A stretch of 64,000 nucleotides of DNA from an uncultured Clostridia bacterium. GTDB lineage: Bacteria; Bacillota; Clostridia; Oscillospirales; CAG-272. The notes under the pieces are model-generated. The model made no database searches. It was given only the letters and a program-made list of their open reading frames with translations, and was not told the DNA's origin. The position numbers and the translations under genes were made by a program. Each line of letters opens with the position of its first letter. Within the stretch, counting starts at the first letter, position 1. The stretch spans positions 3,437 to 67,436 of the forward strand of contig CALXUY010000065.1 in assembly GCA_944391805.1 (NCBI GenBank). Reading direction: 5' to 3'. This document shows positions 27,820 through 36,383 of the stretch, piece by piece.

Positions 27820-29106
27820 TCAGTGAAGGCTGCCGGAATCTGCCCGGAGCGCTTTTTTGACGTCGGCATACATGTAGAGCGAGCCGATGCACAAAAGCGG
27901 AGCTGATTGTTCCTTGCACTGCTTCAGGGCTGCATGCACCGCACCGGGGATTGTCGGGTATGCATCTGCCGCGGTGCCGAGGCTGCGGAAGGTTTCGGCG
28001 TATTGCTCTGCTGCAAGCGAGCGCGACTGATTGGGCGTCAGACAATATACATGGCTGGCGATCTGTGCGATGCTGCGTGCAATATACGCATAGTTTTTGT
28101 CGGCCATCACTCCGGTGACAACGCAGAGCTTTTCGTCTCCGAAATAGGCTTTGACGCTTTCCACCGCGCTGTCAACCCCTTCCGGATTGTGTCCGCCGTC
28201 ATAGATGACCACCGGATTCCTGCTCATCAGCTCAAATCTTGCTTTCCACTTCGCGCTTGCCAGCCCGGCGTACAGCGCTTGGTCACTGATCGCCGCACCC
28301 AGCCTCCGCAGAATTTCAACGGCGCAGATGACATTTGCCGCGTTCTGCACCTGGTATAACCCGAGCAGGGAAATTTTGAGGTTCCTGTACCCGCCGAAAT
28401 CGAACAGCGTTCCGTCAATCCCGGCGCTGCCGATGCGGATTGTGGAGCGGTCCACACGGTACAGCTCCGCGTGCATTTGCTCTGCCTTGCTTCGGATGAC
28501 GTCGTCCGCCGCACGTTGATTGCCGCACCACAGGCAGGGGGTGTTTTCCTTCAGGATCCCGGCCTTTTCCGCGGCAATGTCCTCAATTGTACTGCCAAGA
28601 AACCGGGTGTGATCCAGCGAAATTCCGGTGATGACCGAGAGCAGCGAACGGTTGATGACATTGGTCGCGTCCTGTCTGCCGCCCATCCCGCACTCCAGAA
28701 TGACATAATCGCATCTCTCACGGGCAAACCAGACGAATGCCATTGCGGTGTACAGCTCGAACTCGGTTGGCAGATCGGTCATGCTCTGCACATATGGCCG
28801 GATCGATTCGGTCACGCCGGCCAGATCTTCGTCCGGTATGTCCCTGCCGTTTCGCCGGAAGGTCTCATTCAGGCGCTCCAGAACAGGGGAGGTGAACGCC
28901 CCGACCCGATACCCGGCGTGGGACAATACGGATTCCAGCATGGCGCAGAAGGAGCCCTTGCCGTTGGTGCCGGCCACGTGTATGATGCGCAGCCGCTCTT
29001 GGGGATTGCCGAGCTTTGCGAGCAATTCGGCAACCCGTTCAAGGCCGGGCTTTGAGCCTTGGCTCTTGAAGGAATCGATATAATCCAATGCCTGTGCGTA
29101 TGTCAT
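27820..29106 (-). CDS. folC: Folylpolyglutamate/dihydrofolate synthase (copy 1)
   Basis: HVAGTNGKGS, ECGMGGRQDATN, ISLDH, DGGHNP, GSLYM; ATG coupled to the folT stop (TGATG). Confidence 0.93.
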   Translation of the reverse strand: MTYAQALDYIDSFKSQGSKPGLERVAELLAKLGNPQERLRIIHVAGTNGKGSFCAMLESVLSHAGYRVGAFTSPVLERLNETFRRNGRDIPDEDLAGVTESIRPYVQSMTDLPTEFELYTAMAFVWFARERCDYVILECGMGGRQDATNVINRSLLSVITGISLDHTRFLGSTIEDIAAEKAGILKENTPCLWCGNQRAADDVIRSKAEQMHAELYRVDRSTIRIGSAGIDGTLFDFGGYRNLKISLLGLYQVQNAANVICAVEILRRLGAAISDQALYAGLASAKWKARFELMSRNPVVIYDGGHNPEGVDSAVESVKAYFGDEKLCVVTGVMADKNYAYIARSIAQIASHVYCLTPNQSRSLAAEQYAETFRSLGTAADAYPTIPGAVHAALKQCKEQSAPLLCIGSLYMYADVKKALRADSGSLH

Positions 29107-29681
29107 CAATCACGCCGTTCCTTTCCGCTTTTGATTCTGTCAAACTGCGAGGAGATGCTTTTGTTCTTCAGCAGAATATAGATAATGGTGGTTTCGCAGG
29201 CTGCAAGAATCGCGTAGTTTGCCAGCCGGATCAGCATAAGCTGATACAGAGGCCAGGAATAAAACGCCGCCAAGCCGATGCTTTTGATGACAACCGAGCC
29301 GATCAGATGCGCCACGCCCACGGACAGCGCTACCTGAAGCAGGGAAAAGCGCTTGATCAGGAAATGAGAGCATACCCCCGCCAATGCCCCGATCGTGATG
29401 CTTCCGATTGTTACGACCGGATTGATCGTATATCCGACCAGAACACACCCGATGAGATCCGCCACGCCTCCAACCACTCCGCCGACAATCGGACCAAATA
29501 CGATTCCGGCCATCAGGATCGGCAGGTTTTCAAGGCTGAAGCGCAGCACATCGATGTTGAGCAATGGAACGTATTTACCGAACACAATGCTCAGGGCAAT
29601 GAATATGGAAGCGCAAGCCATGATCCGGATACTGCCGAAAATGGCTACGCTGTTCTTCCGTTTTTCGCTTTTTTGATTCAT
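29106..29681 (-). CDS. folT: Folate ECF transporter S component
   Basis: LRFSLENLPI, FGPIVGGVVGGVADLIG, six TM helices, THF riboswitch upstream; ATG 29681 follows AGGAGG. Confidence 0.9.
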   Translation of the reverse strand: MNQKSEKRKNSVAIFGSIRIMACASIFIALSIVFGKYVPLLNIDVLRFSLENLPILMAGIVFGPIVGGVVGGVADLIGCVLVGYTINPVVTIGSITIGALAGVCSHFLIKRFSLLQVALSVGVAHLIGSVVIKSIGLAAFYSWPLYQLMLIRLANYAILAACETTIIYILLKNKSISSQFDRIKSGKERRD

Positions 29682-29772
29682 AAAAAATTCCTCCTTTTCC
29701 ACCCATATGGCAGAACAGGAGGACAATTCCGGCAAACCTCTGGCCGGAACCGACTTCCGCAATCAGCCGTAT

Positions 29773-29886
29773 GAAGCGGGATGCAAAGCATGAACCGTCG
29801 CTTGCGCTGTTCGTCCGTCTGACAACTCCCCGTTCAGGCGGCACTGGCGGAGCTGGCTGGCTCCTACGCCCATGCTTTTACTCTTC
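29773..29886 (-). ncRNA. THF (tetrahydrofolate) riboswitch
   Basis: GAAGAGUA...GCGU..AGUG CCGCCUGA ACGGGGAGUUG UCAGACGG ACGAA...CGGU...GCAUCCCGCUUC. A downstream UCCUCCU can pair with the folT SD AGGAGGA. Confidence 0.9.
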
Positions 29887-29921
29887 AATCAAGTTTATTT
29901 CCGCGGCCGCGGATACCTTTC

Positions 29922-29950
29922 ATTATAACCGCAGAAGCGAAAAAAGTCAA
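29922..29950 (-). promoter_or_regulatory. Sigma-A promoter of THF-folT operon
   Basis: TTGACT-17 bp-TATAAT on the minus strand. Confidence 0.75.
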
Positions 29951-30168
29951 GTTCTTTTTTGCATATCATTTCCGCAAAATTTGTCCGTAAATTTGGATAT
30001 TCTGTCGGGTGCCGGAAGGGAAGAAAAAAATTTACTTCTGATGGTACCGAATTTTTGCTTGTACTCTTGCATTCTGTCGCTGTTTGTGATACAATGATAC
30101 GGATGACAAACGGCGGGAGCCCGGGCGCACTTTTTTACTTGCATTCACGGCACCGAAAGGAGATTGAT

Positions 30169-31605
30169 ATGGTTTTTTCCAGTTTGTTTTTTGTGTTCTT
30201 CTTTTTTGTGCTTTGTATGGCGCTGGTGCTCACGCGCAAGACCGTAAAGGGGCAGAACACGGTTCTGCTCATTTTTTCCCTGTTGTTTTACGCATGGGGC
30301 GGACCGGTTCTGCTCCTGCTGCTCTGCGGCGTCACCTTTATCTGTTGGCTGGGCGGACGGGTGATCGGGTGGCTGCAGCGTCCCTTCTACCGCAGGCTGA
30401 CGCTGTTCATGACGGTGGCGATCTGCATTCTGATATTTGTGTATTTCAAATATACCAATTTTCTTGCCGAGTCCTTCCGGTGGATTTTCCGGTTTGACAC
30501 GGTGCTCCCGGAAATTGTTCTGCCCATCGGCATCTCCTTTTATACCTTTCAGTTGCTCTCTTATGTGGCGGATGTCTATCGCGGAGAGGCAGAGGCGCAG
30601 CCGAGCTACCTGCGGCTGCTGCTGTATGCATCGCTGTTTCATCAGTGCGTGGCAGGGCCGATTGTGCGCTACAGCGATGTGTGCGCCGAGCTGGATCAGC
30701 GCAGCATCACGCTGCAGGATCTCTCCTCCGGTGTGACGCGCTTTGCGGTCGGCCTGGCCAAAAAGGCAGTGCTGGCCAATTACTGCGGCTCGCTGGCTTC
30801 CACTGCGCTGGCAGCGAACGGGCTGGCAGAGGCCTCCTCCGGAACGGTTTTTCTGGGCGGACTTTTCTACATGCTGCAAATTTATCTCGATTTTTCGGCC
30901 TACTCGGACATGGCCATCGGTATGGGGAGAATGTGCGGTCTGCACTACTGTGAAAACTTCAACTATCCCTATATTTCGGGGTCTGTGACCGAATTCTGGA
31001 GGCGGTGGCACATCTCCCTCTCCACCTTTTTCCGGGACTATGTGTACATCCCGCTCGGCGGAAACCGCCGGGGGCTTGGACGGCAGATCCTGAACCTGTT
31101 GGCGGTTTGGGCGCTGACAGGTCTTTGGCACGGCGCCTCGTGGAACTATGTGCTGTGGGGACTTTACTATTTTGTGTTCCTTGTCATCGAAAAGCTGTTT
31201 TTGCCCAAGCTGACCGACAAGACGCCGCTCTGGAGCCGTATTCTGCGCCATGTCGGCGTGCTGGTGATTGTGTGGTTCGGATGGATGCTGTTCTATTTTG
31301 AGGACCTTTCCGTATTCGGTACGGCAATCGGCTCGCTGTTCTGCGCCAATGGCAACGTGTTCTGGGATATGAACGCCCAGTTGATGCTGCTCAACAATCT
31401 GTTCTTCCTGATTGTGGCGATTCTGGCCTGCACACCGGTGGTTCCCTTTCTGCGGCGCAAGCTGGCAGAGGCAGGAAAGTCCAGCCCCGCGTGGGCGGCC
31501 TTTGGCAACGGCGTGGACGCCGCTTTTCCGGCCATATTGCTGTTTGCTTCCTTTGTGTCGCTGATCGGAAATACCTATAACCCCTTCCTCTACTTCCAGT
31601 TCTGA
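30169..31605 (+). CDS. MBOAT O-acyltransferase (AlgI/PatA/DltB-like)
   Basis: LPIGISFYTFQ, AGPIVRY, QIYLDFSAYSD, ENFNYPY, FWRRWHISL, GLWHGA, NPFLYFQF. Confidence 0.93.
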   Translation: MVFSSLFFVFFFFVLCMALVLTRKTVKGQNTVLLIFSLLFYAWGGPVLLLLLCGVTFICWLGGRVIGWLQRPFYRRLTLFMTVAICILIFVYFKYTNFLAESFRWIFRFDTVLPEIVLPIGISFYTFQLLSYVADVYRGEAEAQPSYLRLLLYASLFHQCVAGPIVRYSDVCAELDQRSITLQDLSSGVTRFAVGLAKKAVLANYCGSLASTALAANGLAEASSGTVFLGGLFYMLQIYLDFSAYSDMAIGMGRMCGLHYCENFNYPYISGSVTEFWRRWHISLSTFFRDYVYIPLGGNRRGLGRQILNLLAVWALTGLWHGASWNYVLWGLYYFVFLVIEKLFLPKLTDKTPLWSRILRHVGVLVIVWFGWMLFYFEDLSVFGTAIGSLFCANGNVFWDMNAQLMLLNNLFFLIVAILACTPVVPFLRRKLAEAGKSSPAWAAFGNGVDAAFPAILLFASFVSLIGNTYNPFLYFQF

Positions 31606-31722
31606 CAATCCGCCGCCGGAGTTTGCCTCCGGGATCCCGGCTTCGGAGCAGCTTTCATGCTGTGAACCGGAGCCAAATTACATGTGGACAGGAATGCTTC
31701 TCCTGTCCCGGAAAGGTACATC

Positions 31723-33396
31723 ATGAATCAAATGCCAAACAAACCCCGGTCGGGGGAGTCCTCATCGGAGCCGTACATTGGTCAGACGGCGGAAACGCGT
31801 TCCGAGCCCTACCGCGTGCGGCAGGAAGCCGGACATGCCGCCGCAGGTGAGCCGCATGTTACCCGGATGGCTGGGGATCGCACAGACCGGCGTGCCGGAA
31901 TGACCGCCGCTCATCCGACGGAGCCACGGGACAGCGCCCGCTCCGCGGCCTCTCCCGGCGGGTCGCAGGGAGAAGAATCTGGGGGAGGTGTGGGAACGGT
32001 CGTACGGCAGGCCGGCGCGCCGGCGGAAAGCACAGGTGCTTCCCGTTCTGCCGCGGCTTCTGCCAACCCCCGCGCCAATTCCAACAAGACGAATGCTTCG
32101 GCACGCAAGGATGCGGTCAAAATCTATGTGTTTGCCGCGATGCTGATTGTGTTTTTTGTGGTCGGCCTGCTCTTTTTCCTGCGTCCGTCGGTCTCTGAAA
32201 CCGAAAAGCGTCAGCTCACCGAGTTTCCGAAATTCACATGGGAGAGCTTCTTGAGCGGGGAATACTTTGCTCAGATTTCCACATGGTATTCCGATACCTT
32301 CCCGGGGCGGGAGACCTTTATTTCGCTCAATCAGGCTCTGAAAAATCTTTACGGGATCCGCACCATGCAAATCGTGCAGAATCCGCCATCCGGAAACAAC
32401 AATCCCGACGATCCGGGAGGCAACGACCCTCTGAACCCGGGAAATGAGGATGACGACACGCCGGTGGAGCGCTTTGATACGGTGTTCATCAAGGGAGACC
32501 GCGCGTTTGAGATTTACAAATTCAGCCAGACCGCCTCCGACCGCTATGCTTCTATCATTAACTCTGCTGCCGACAAGATGAACGGGGTAGAGGTTTACAA
32601 CATCATTGTACCGCTCTCTTATTCGGTAAACCTGACCGAGCGGGAGCAGCAGAGCATCGGCGCCTCCAATGTGGAGGACGCCATTTCCTACATGTACGGG
32701 AAAATGAACGATCGGGTTCACACGGTGGAGGTGCTTTCGGGACTGCTGGAGCACAAAGACGAATATCTGTATTTCCGCACCGACCATCACTGGACGGCCA
32801 GAGGCGCATATTATGCTTACGAGGCATTTTGCCGTGCTTCCGGGCAGGAGCCGCTCCCGCTGGACAGTTGGCAGCGGGTGGAGTTCAGCGGATTCCTCGG
32901 CACCTTGTATGCCTCGGCAGGCCAGCCGCCGGCACTGGCGCAGAACCCGGACTATGTGGAGGCGTGGATCCCCCATTCCACCAATAAAATGATTACACTT
33001 TACAATGGCGGCAGCGGCAGTAACTATCACGAGACGGAACAGTTCCCGATTATTCAGACCAATCCGAATTACTATCAGGCGGCAGGCTCCAAGTACAACA
33101 CCTTTATCGCCGGCGACCACCCGCTGATTACCATCAAAAATCCGAATCCCTCATCCACCAACGGCAAGAGCATTGTGGTGGTCAAGGAATCCTATGGCAA
33201 CGCTTTTGTACCCTTCCTCGTCGACCAATATGAGACGGTTTACGTGGTGGATTACCGGTATTTCCAAAAGGCTGTCGACAAAACCCTGCCCGAATTCGTT
33301 TCAGAGGTGGGAGCCGATCAGGTGCTTTTCCTCAATTACATCTACTCCACCGCCGAAAATGCCCGCCTGAACGAGCTGCAGGCGCTGATCGGATGA
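31723..33396 (+). CDS. DHHW family (AlgJ/AlgX/PatB-like) O-acetyltransferase partner
   Basis: SETEKRQL, YFRTDHHWT, FLGTLY, KESYGNAF, VVDYRY; long low-complexity N-terminus followed by a single TM. Confidence 0.85.
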   Translation: MNQMPNKPRSGESSSEPYIGQTAETRSEPYRVRQEAGHAAAGEPHVTRMAGDRTDRRAGMTAAHPTEPRDSARSAASPGGSQGEESGGGVGTVVRQAGAPAESTGASRSAAASANPRANSNKTNASARKDAVKIYVFAAMLIVFFVVGLLFFLRPSVSETEKRQLTEFPKFTWESFLSGEYFAQISTWYSDTFPGRETFISLNQALKNLYGIRTMQIVQNPPSGNNNPDDPGGNDPLNPGNEDDDTPVERFDTVFIKGDRAFEIYKFSQTASDRYASIINSAADKMNGVEVYNIIVPLSYSVNLTEREQQSIGASNVEDAISYMYGKMNDRVHTVEVLSGLLEHKDEYLYFRTDHHWTARGAYYAYEAFCRASGQEPLPLDSWQRVEFSGFLGTLYASAGQPPALAQNPDYVEAWIPHSTNKMITLYNGGSGSNYHETEQFPIIQTNPNYYQAAGSKYNTFIAGDHPLITIKNPNPSSTNGKSIVVVKESYGNAFVPFLVDQYETVYVVDYRYFQKAVDKTLPEFVSEVGADQVLFLNYIYSTAENARLNELQALIG

Positions 33397-33409
33397 TAAG
33401 GAGAAAACC

Positions 33410-34078
33410 GTGAAGCTGAATGACGATATTCTTTCGGGCCTGCCGTTCTGGGGGCAGCTTTCTACCTCGCAGCGTGCAGAGGTCGCGGAGATGACCTATA
33501 CCCGGCTTTACTCCAAGGGGAGTATTGTCGGGTGTGGCTCCAACTGTCTCGGGTTGATTCAGGTGCTGCGAGGGGGCACACGGGTGTATCTGCTCTCACC
33601 CGAGGGGCGGGAGGTGACGCTTTACCGCCTGGGCGTAGGGGATTGCTGTGTGCTCACGGCCTCCTGTGTGATGAGCCAGATCACGTTTGAAACCAACATG
33701 GTGGCGGAGGAGGAGACCGAGCTGCTGATTCTTCCGGCCCACACCTTTTCCCGGCTGACCGGAGAGAATATTCACGTCCGGTGCTTTATGTACGAGCTGG
33801 CCACCCGCCGCTTTTCGGCGGTCATGTTCTCGCTCCAGCAGGTTCTGTTTGCCCGCTTTGACCGCAGGCTGGCCTCCTTTCTGCTCTCCGAGGCCGAGCG
33901 TACCGGCTCCCGGGAGCTGCGCCTGACGCATGAGGAGATTGCCCGGCAGGTCAGCTCGGCCAGAGAGGTGGTGGCGCGCATGCTCAAGCGCTTTGCGTCC
34001 GACGGGCTGGTCAGCCTGCGGCGGGGTGTGATCCGCATTGAGCGCCCGGCCGAGCTGAAAAAAATTTTGTCAGAATGA
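33410..34078 (+). CDS. Crp/Fnr family transcriptional regulator
   Basis: GREVTLYRL..GDCCVL, LTHEEIA...SAREVVARMLKRF. Confidence 0.92.
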   Translation: MKLNDDILSGLPFWGQLSTSQRAEVAEMTYTRLYSKGSIVGCGSNCLGLIQVLRGGTRVYLLSPEGREVTLYRLGVGDCCVLTASCVMSQITFETNMVAEEETELLILPAHTFSRLTGENIHVRCFMYELATRRFSAVMFSLQQVLFARFDRRLASFLLSEAERTGSRELRLTHEEIARQVSSAREVVARMLKRFASDGLVSLRRGVIRIERPAELKKILSE

Positions 34079-34141
34079 TACCTCGTCACATTTTTCCGCT
34101 CCGGAGTGTGATATAATAGGGACACAGAGGAGGTGATTTCC

Positions 34142-34342
34142 GTGAAGATTATTCAGAACCCGGATGCCGAAATCGTCAGAACGGTGAAGGACGGGCTGAA
34201 GCGGACGGGAGGCTATTGCCCCTGCCGGCTGGAACGCACCGAAGATAACAAGTGTATGTGCCGGGAATTCCGGGAGCAGATTGCCGACCCGGATTTTGAA
34301 GGCTACTGCCACTGTATGCTCTATTACAAATCCAAGGCCTGA
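34142..34342 (+). CDS. Ferredoxin-thioredoxin reductase catalytic subunit-like protein
   Basis: CPC / CMC / CHC triad; GTG start after GGAGGTG. Confidence 0.88.
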   Translation: MKIIQNPDAEIVRTVKDGLKRTGGYCPCRLERTEDNKCMCREFREQIADPDFEGYCHCMLYYKSKA

Positions 34343-34378
34343 AGCAAAGACAGGCCGGAAGAAAAGGGGGATTGAAAG

Positions 34379-34708
34379 ATGGCTGAAAAGAAAATTACCG
34401 CAGGCAATTTTGAACAGGAGGTTCTGCGCGCAGAGGGGACGGTACTGCTGGATTTCTGGGCGCCGTGGTGCGGACCCTGCCGGATGTTGGGGCCGGTGCT
34501 TGCCGAGCTGGCAGAGGAGAATGAGGGCAGCCTCACGGTCGGCAAGGTCAATGTGGACGAGGAGGGGGCGCTGGCCGCGCAGTTCGGCATTGCCAGCATT
34601 CCCACACTCATCCTGTTCCGCGCAGGCGTTCCGGTGGCGAAGCAGATCGGTTTTGTGCCAAAGGAGAGGCTGGAGGCATTTTTGCGCACACCCAGTCCGG
34701 AGGCCTGA
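34379..34708 (+). CDS. trxA: Thioredoxin
   Basis: DFWAPWCGPC, SIPTL. Confidence 0.95.
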   Translation: MAEKKITAGNFEQEVLRAEGTVLLDFWAPWCGPCRMLGPVLAELAEENEGSLTVGKVNVDEEGALAAQFGIASIPTLILFRAGVPVAKQIGFVPKERLEAFLRTPSPEA

Positions 34709-34875
34709 CCCGAAGCGGCAGAGCAGGCGGCTCACGGCAGTGGAGCGGGGCGCAAAAACGGTGCTGCTGCGGCCATGGCGCACCTGCTCCTTTGCCGATT
34801 CTGTTTGCAGCAGGGAACCGCGTGGGAATCCGCCAAGTCAAAATCGGTTTTTCGGGAAAATGTGAGAAAAAACAC

Positions 34876-34904
34876 TTGACAAGCCTTTTCAAACATGATA
34901 TGAT
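34876..34904 (+). promoter_or_regulatory. Sigma-A promoter of rubrerythrin
   Basis: TTGACA-17 bp-TATGAT. Confidence 0.7.
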
Positions 34905-34940
34905 AATAAGGAAAGTGACGATCAATGAAAGGAGACAGCC

Positions 34941-35603
34941 ATGAAAACCTACCAGTGCTTGGTTTGCGGCGAGGTGTTCACCGTTGCCGAGGGAGAGGAA
35001 CCGGTTTGCCCCAGATGCAGGGCAAGAGGAAATAAACTGAAGGAAATCAAGGAGGAAACAGCAATGAACAACAAGTATGCAGGCACCAAAACCGAACAGA
35101 ATTTGCAGGCCGCCTTTGCGGGAGAATCACAGGCCAGAAACAAGTATACTTACTTTGCGTCGGTGGCAAAAAAGGAGGGCTTTGAGCAGATTTCTGCGCT
35201 GTTCCTCAAGACTGCCGATAACGAGAAGGAGCATGCCAAGATGTGGTTCAAGGAGCTCCAGGGCATCGGATCAACTGCCGAGAATCTGGCAGCCGCCGCA
35301 GACGGCGAGAACTATGAGTGGACCGATATGTACGAGGGCTTTGCCAAAACCGCCGAGGAGGAGGGCTTCCCGGAGCTGGCAGCCAAATTCCGCTTGGTCG
35401 CGGCGATTGAAAAGCATCATGAGGAGAGATACCGCGCACTGCTGAAGAATGTGGAGACCGCCGCTGTATTTGCAAAGAGTGAGGTCAAGGTTTGGGAGTG
35501 CCGCAACTGCGGACACATTGTGGTGGGAACCAAGGCGCCCGACGTCTGCCCGACCTGCGCGCATCCCCAGAGCTACTTTGAAGTGCACGCAGAGAACTAT
35601 TGA
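34941..35603 (+). CDS. rbr: Rubrerythrin with extra N-terminal rubredoxin-like domain
   Basis: [26 protein letters not shown]-terminal CRNC..CPTC, N-terminal CLVC..CPRC; second RBS and ATG at 35064. Confidence 0.92.
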   Translation: MKTYQCLVCGEVFTVAEGEEPVCPRCRARGNKLKEIKEETAMNNKYAGTKTEQNLQAAFAGESQARNKYTYFASVAKKEGFEQISALFLKTADNEKEHAKMWFKELQGIGSTAENLAAAADGENYEWTDMYEGFAKTAEEEGFPELAAKFRLVAAIEKHHEERYRALLKNVETAAVFAKSEVKVWECRNCGHIVVGTKAPDVCPTCAHPQSYFEVHAENY

Positions 35604-35658
35604 GGCTGTTTTGATCGGAGACGGATGAAATCCGTGCCAATCTGAAACCTGATAGAGA

Positions 35659-35704
35659 GAGCAGGGGCTGCTGCCCGTTTTGGACAGCAGCCCCTGCTCG
35701 TTTT
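35659..35704. terminator. Intrinsic terminator
   Basis: GAGCAGGGGCTGCTG...CAGCAGCCCCTGCTC followed by GTTTT. Confidence 0.8.
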
Positions 35705-35785
35705 GATATGAATTGATCGGAATGCACGTCACATCGGAAGCCGGTGCGGCTCTCCCGCACGGTGTTACCGGGGGAGCGTGTCCGG

Positions 35786-36232
35786 TCAAGGCGAGGGCGC
35801 TTCGGTAACGGTCACGGCAACCGAAGTCTCCAGATCAAATTCCGTGCCGTTGACTTCAAACCAACAGGATGCCCAGACAATATAGCTGCCCGGCTCGAGA
35901 AACTCTGTGTTCAGTGTTTTCTCAATGGTTTCGTGGGGTTGAAGCTCGGTGGTGAAGGCGGCTGACCCGAAAATCTTTTCCCGCGTCTCCCCCTCCGGGT
36001 ATACCTGCACCGAAATCAGGGGCCATGCGTGCTCCAATGCATAGCGTCTGCCCGTGAGGCTGCGGAGCTCCGCCCGATATGTGACCGGCTCCCCGACCGC
36101 AACGGTGATCTGCGGGTCGGCGACGGTCAGCGAAAAATCCGTTTCCTGCGGGGTGTGCAGGCAGGAGGCGAATGGCAGGAGCTGCGCGCCGAGCAGCAGA
36201 AGAAGGAACAATCGATATGCTGTCTGTTTCAT
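35786..36232 (-). CDS. Small putative lipoprotein with Ig-like domain
   Basis: Signal peptide ending FASC; beta-rich (VGEPVTYRAEL...PGSYIV...VAVTV); RBS GGAAAGG. Confidence 0.55.
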   Translation of the reverse strand: MKQTAYRLFLLLLLGAQLLPFASCLHTPQETDFSLTVADPQITVAVGEPVTYRAELRSLTGRRYALEHAWPLISVQVYPEGETREKIFGSAAFTTELQPHETIEKTLNTEFLEPGSYIVWASCWFEVNGTEFDLETSVAVTVTEAPSP

Positions 36233-36383
36233 TTGCCTTTCCTGTATCCTTTGATATTGATATGTATACATGATGCTGAAGGCGGTATGAATATCGGCCG
36301 TGTTCAGGGCATAGGCGGTTTTCCGTATGCTGCCGTTTGCAGCTCTGCTGCGACAATCTGATTGCCTCGGCGGCAATGTCTGT

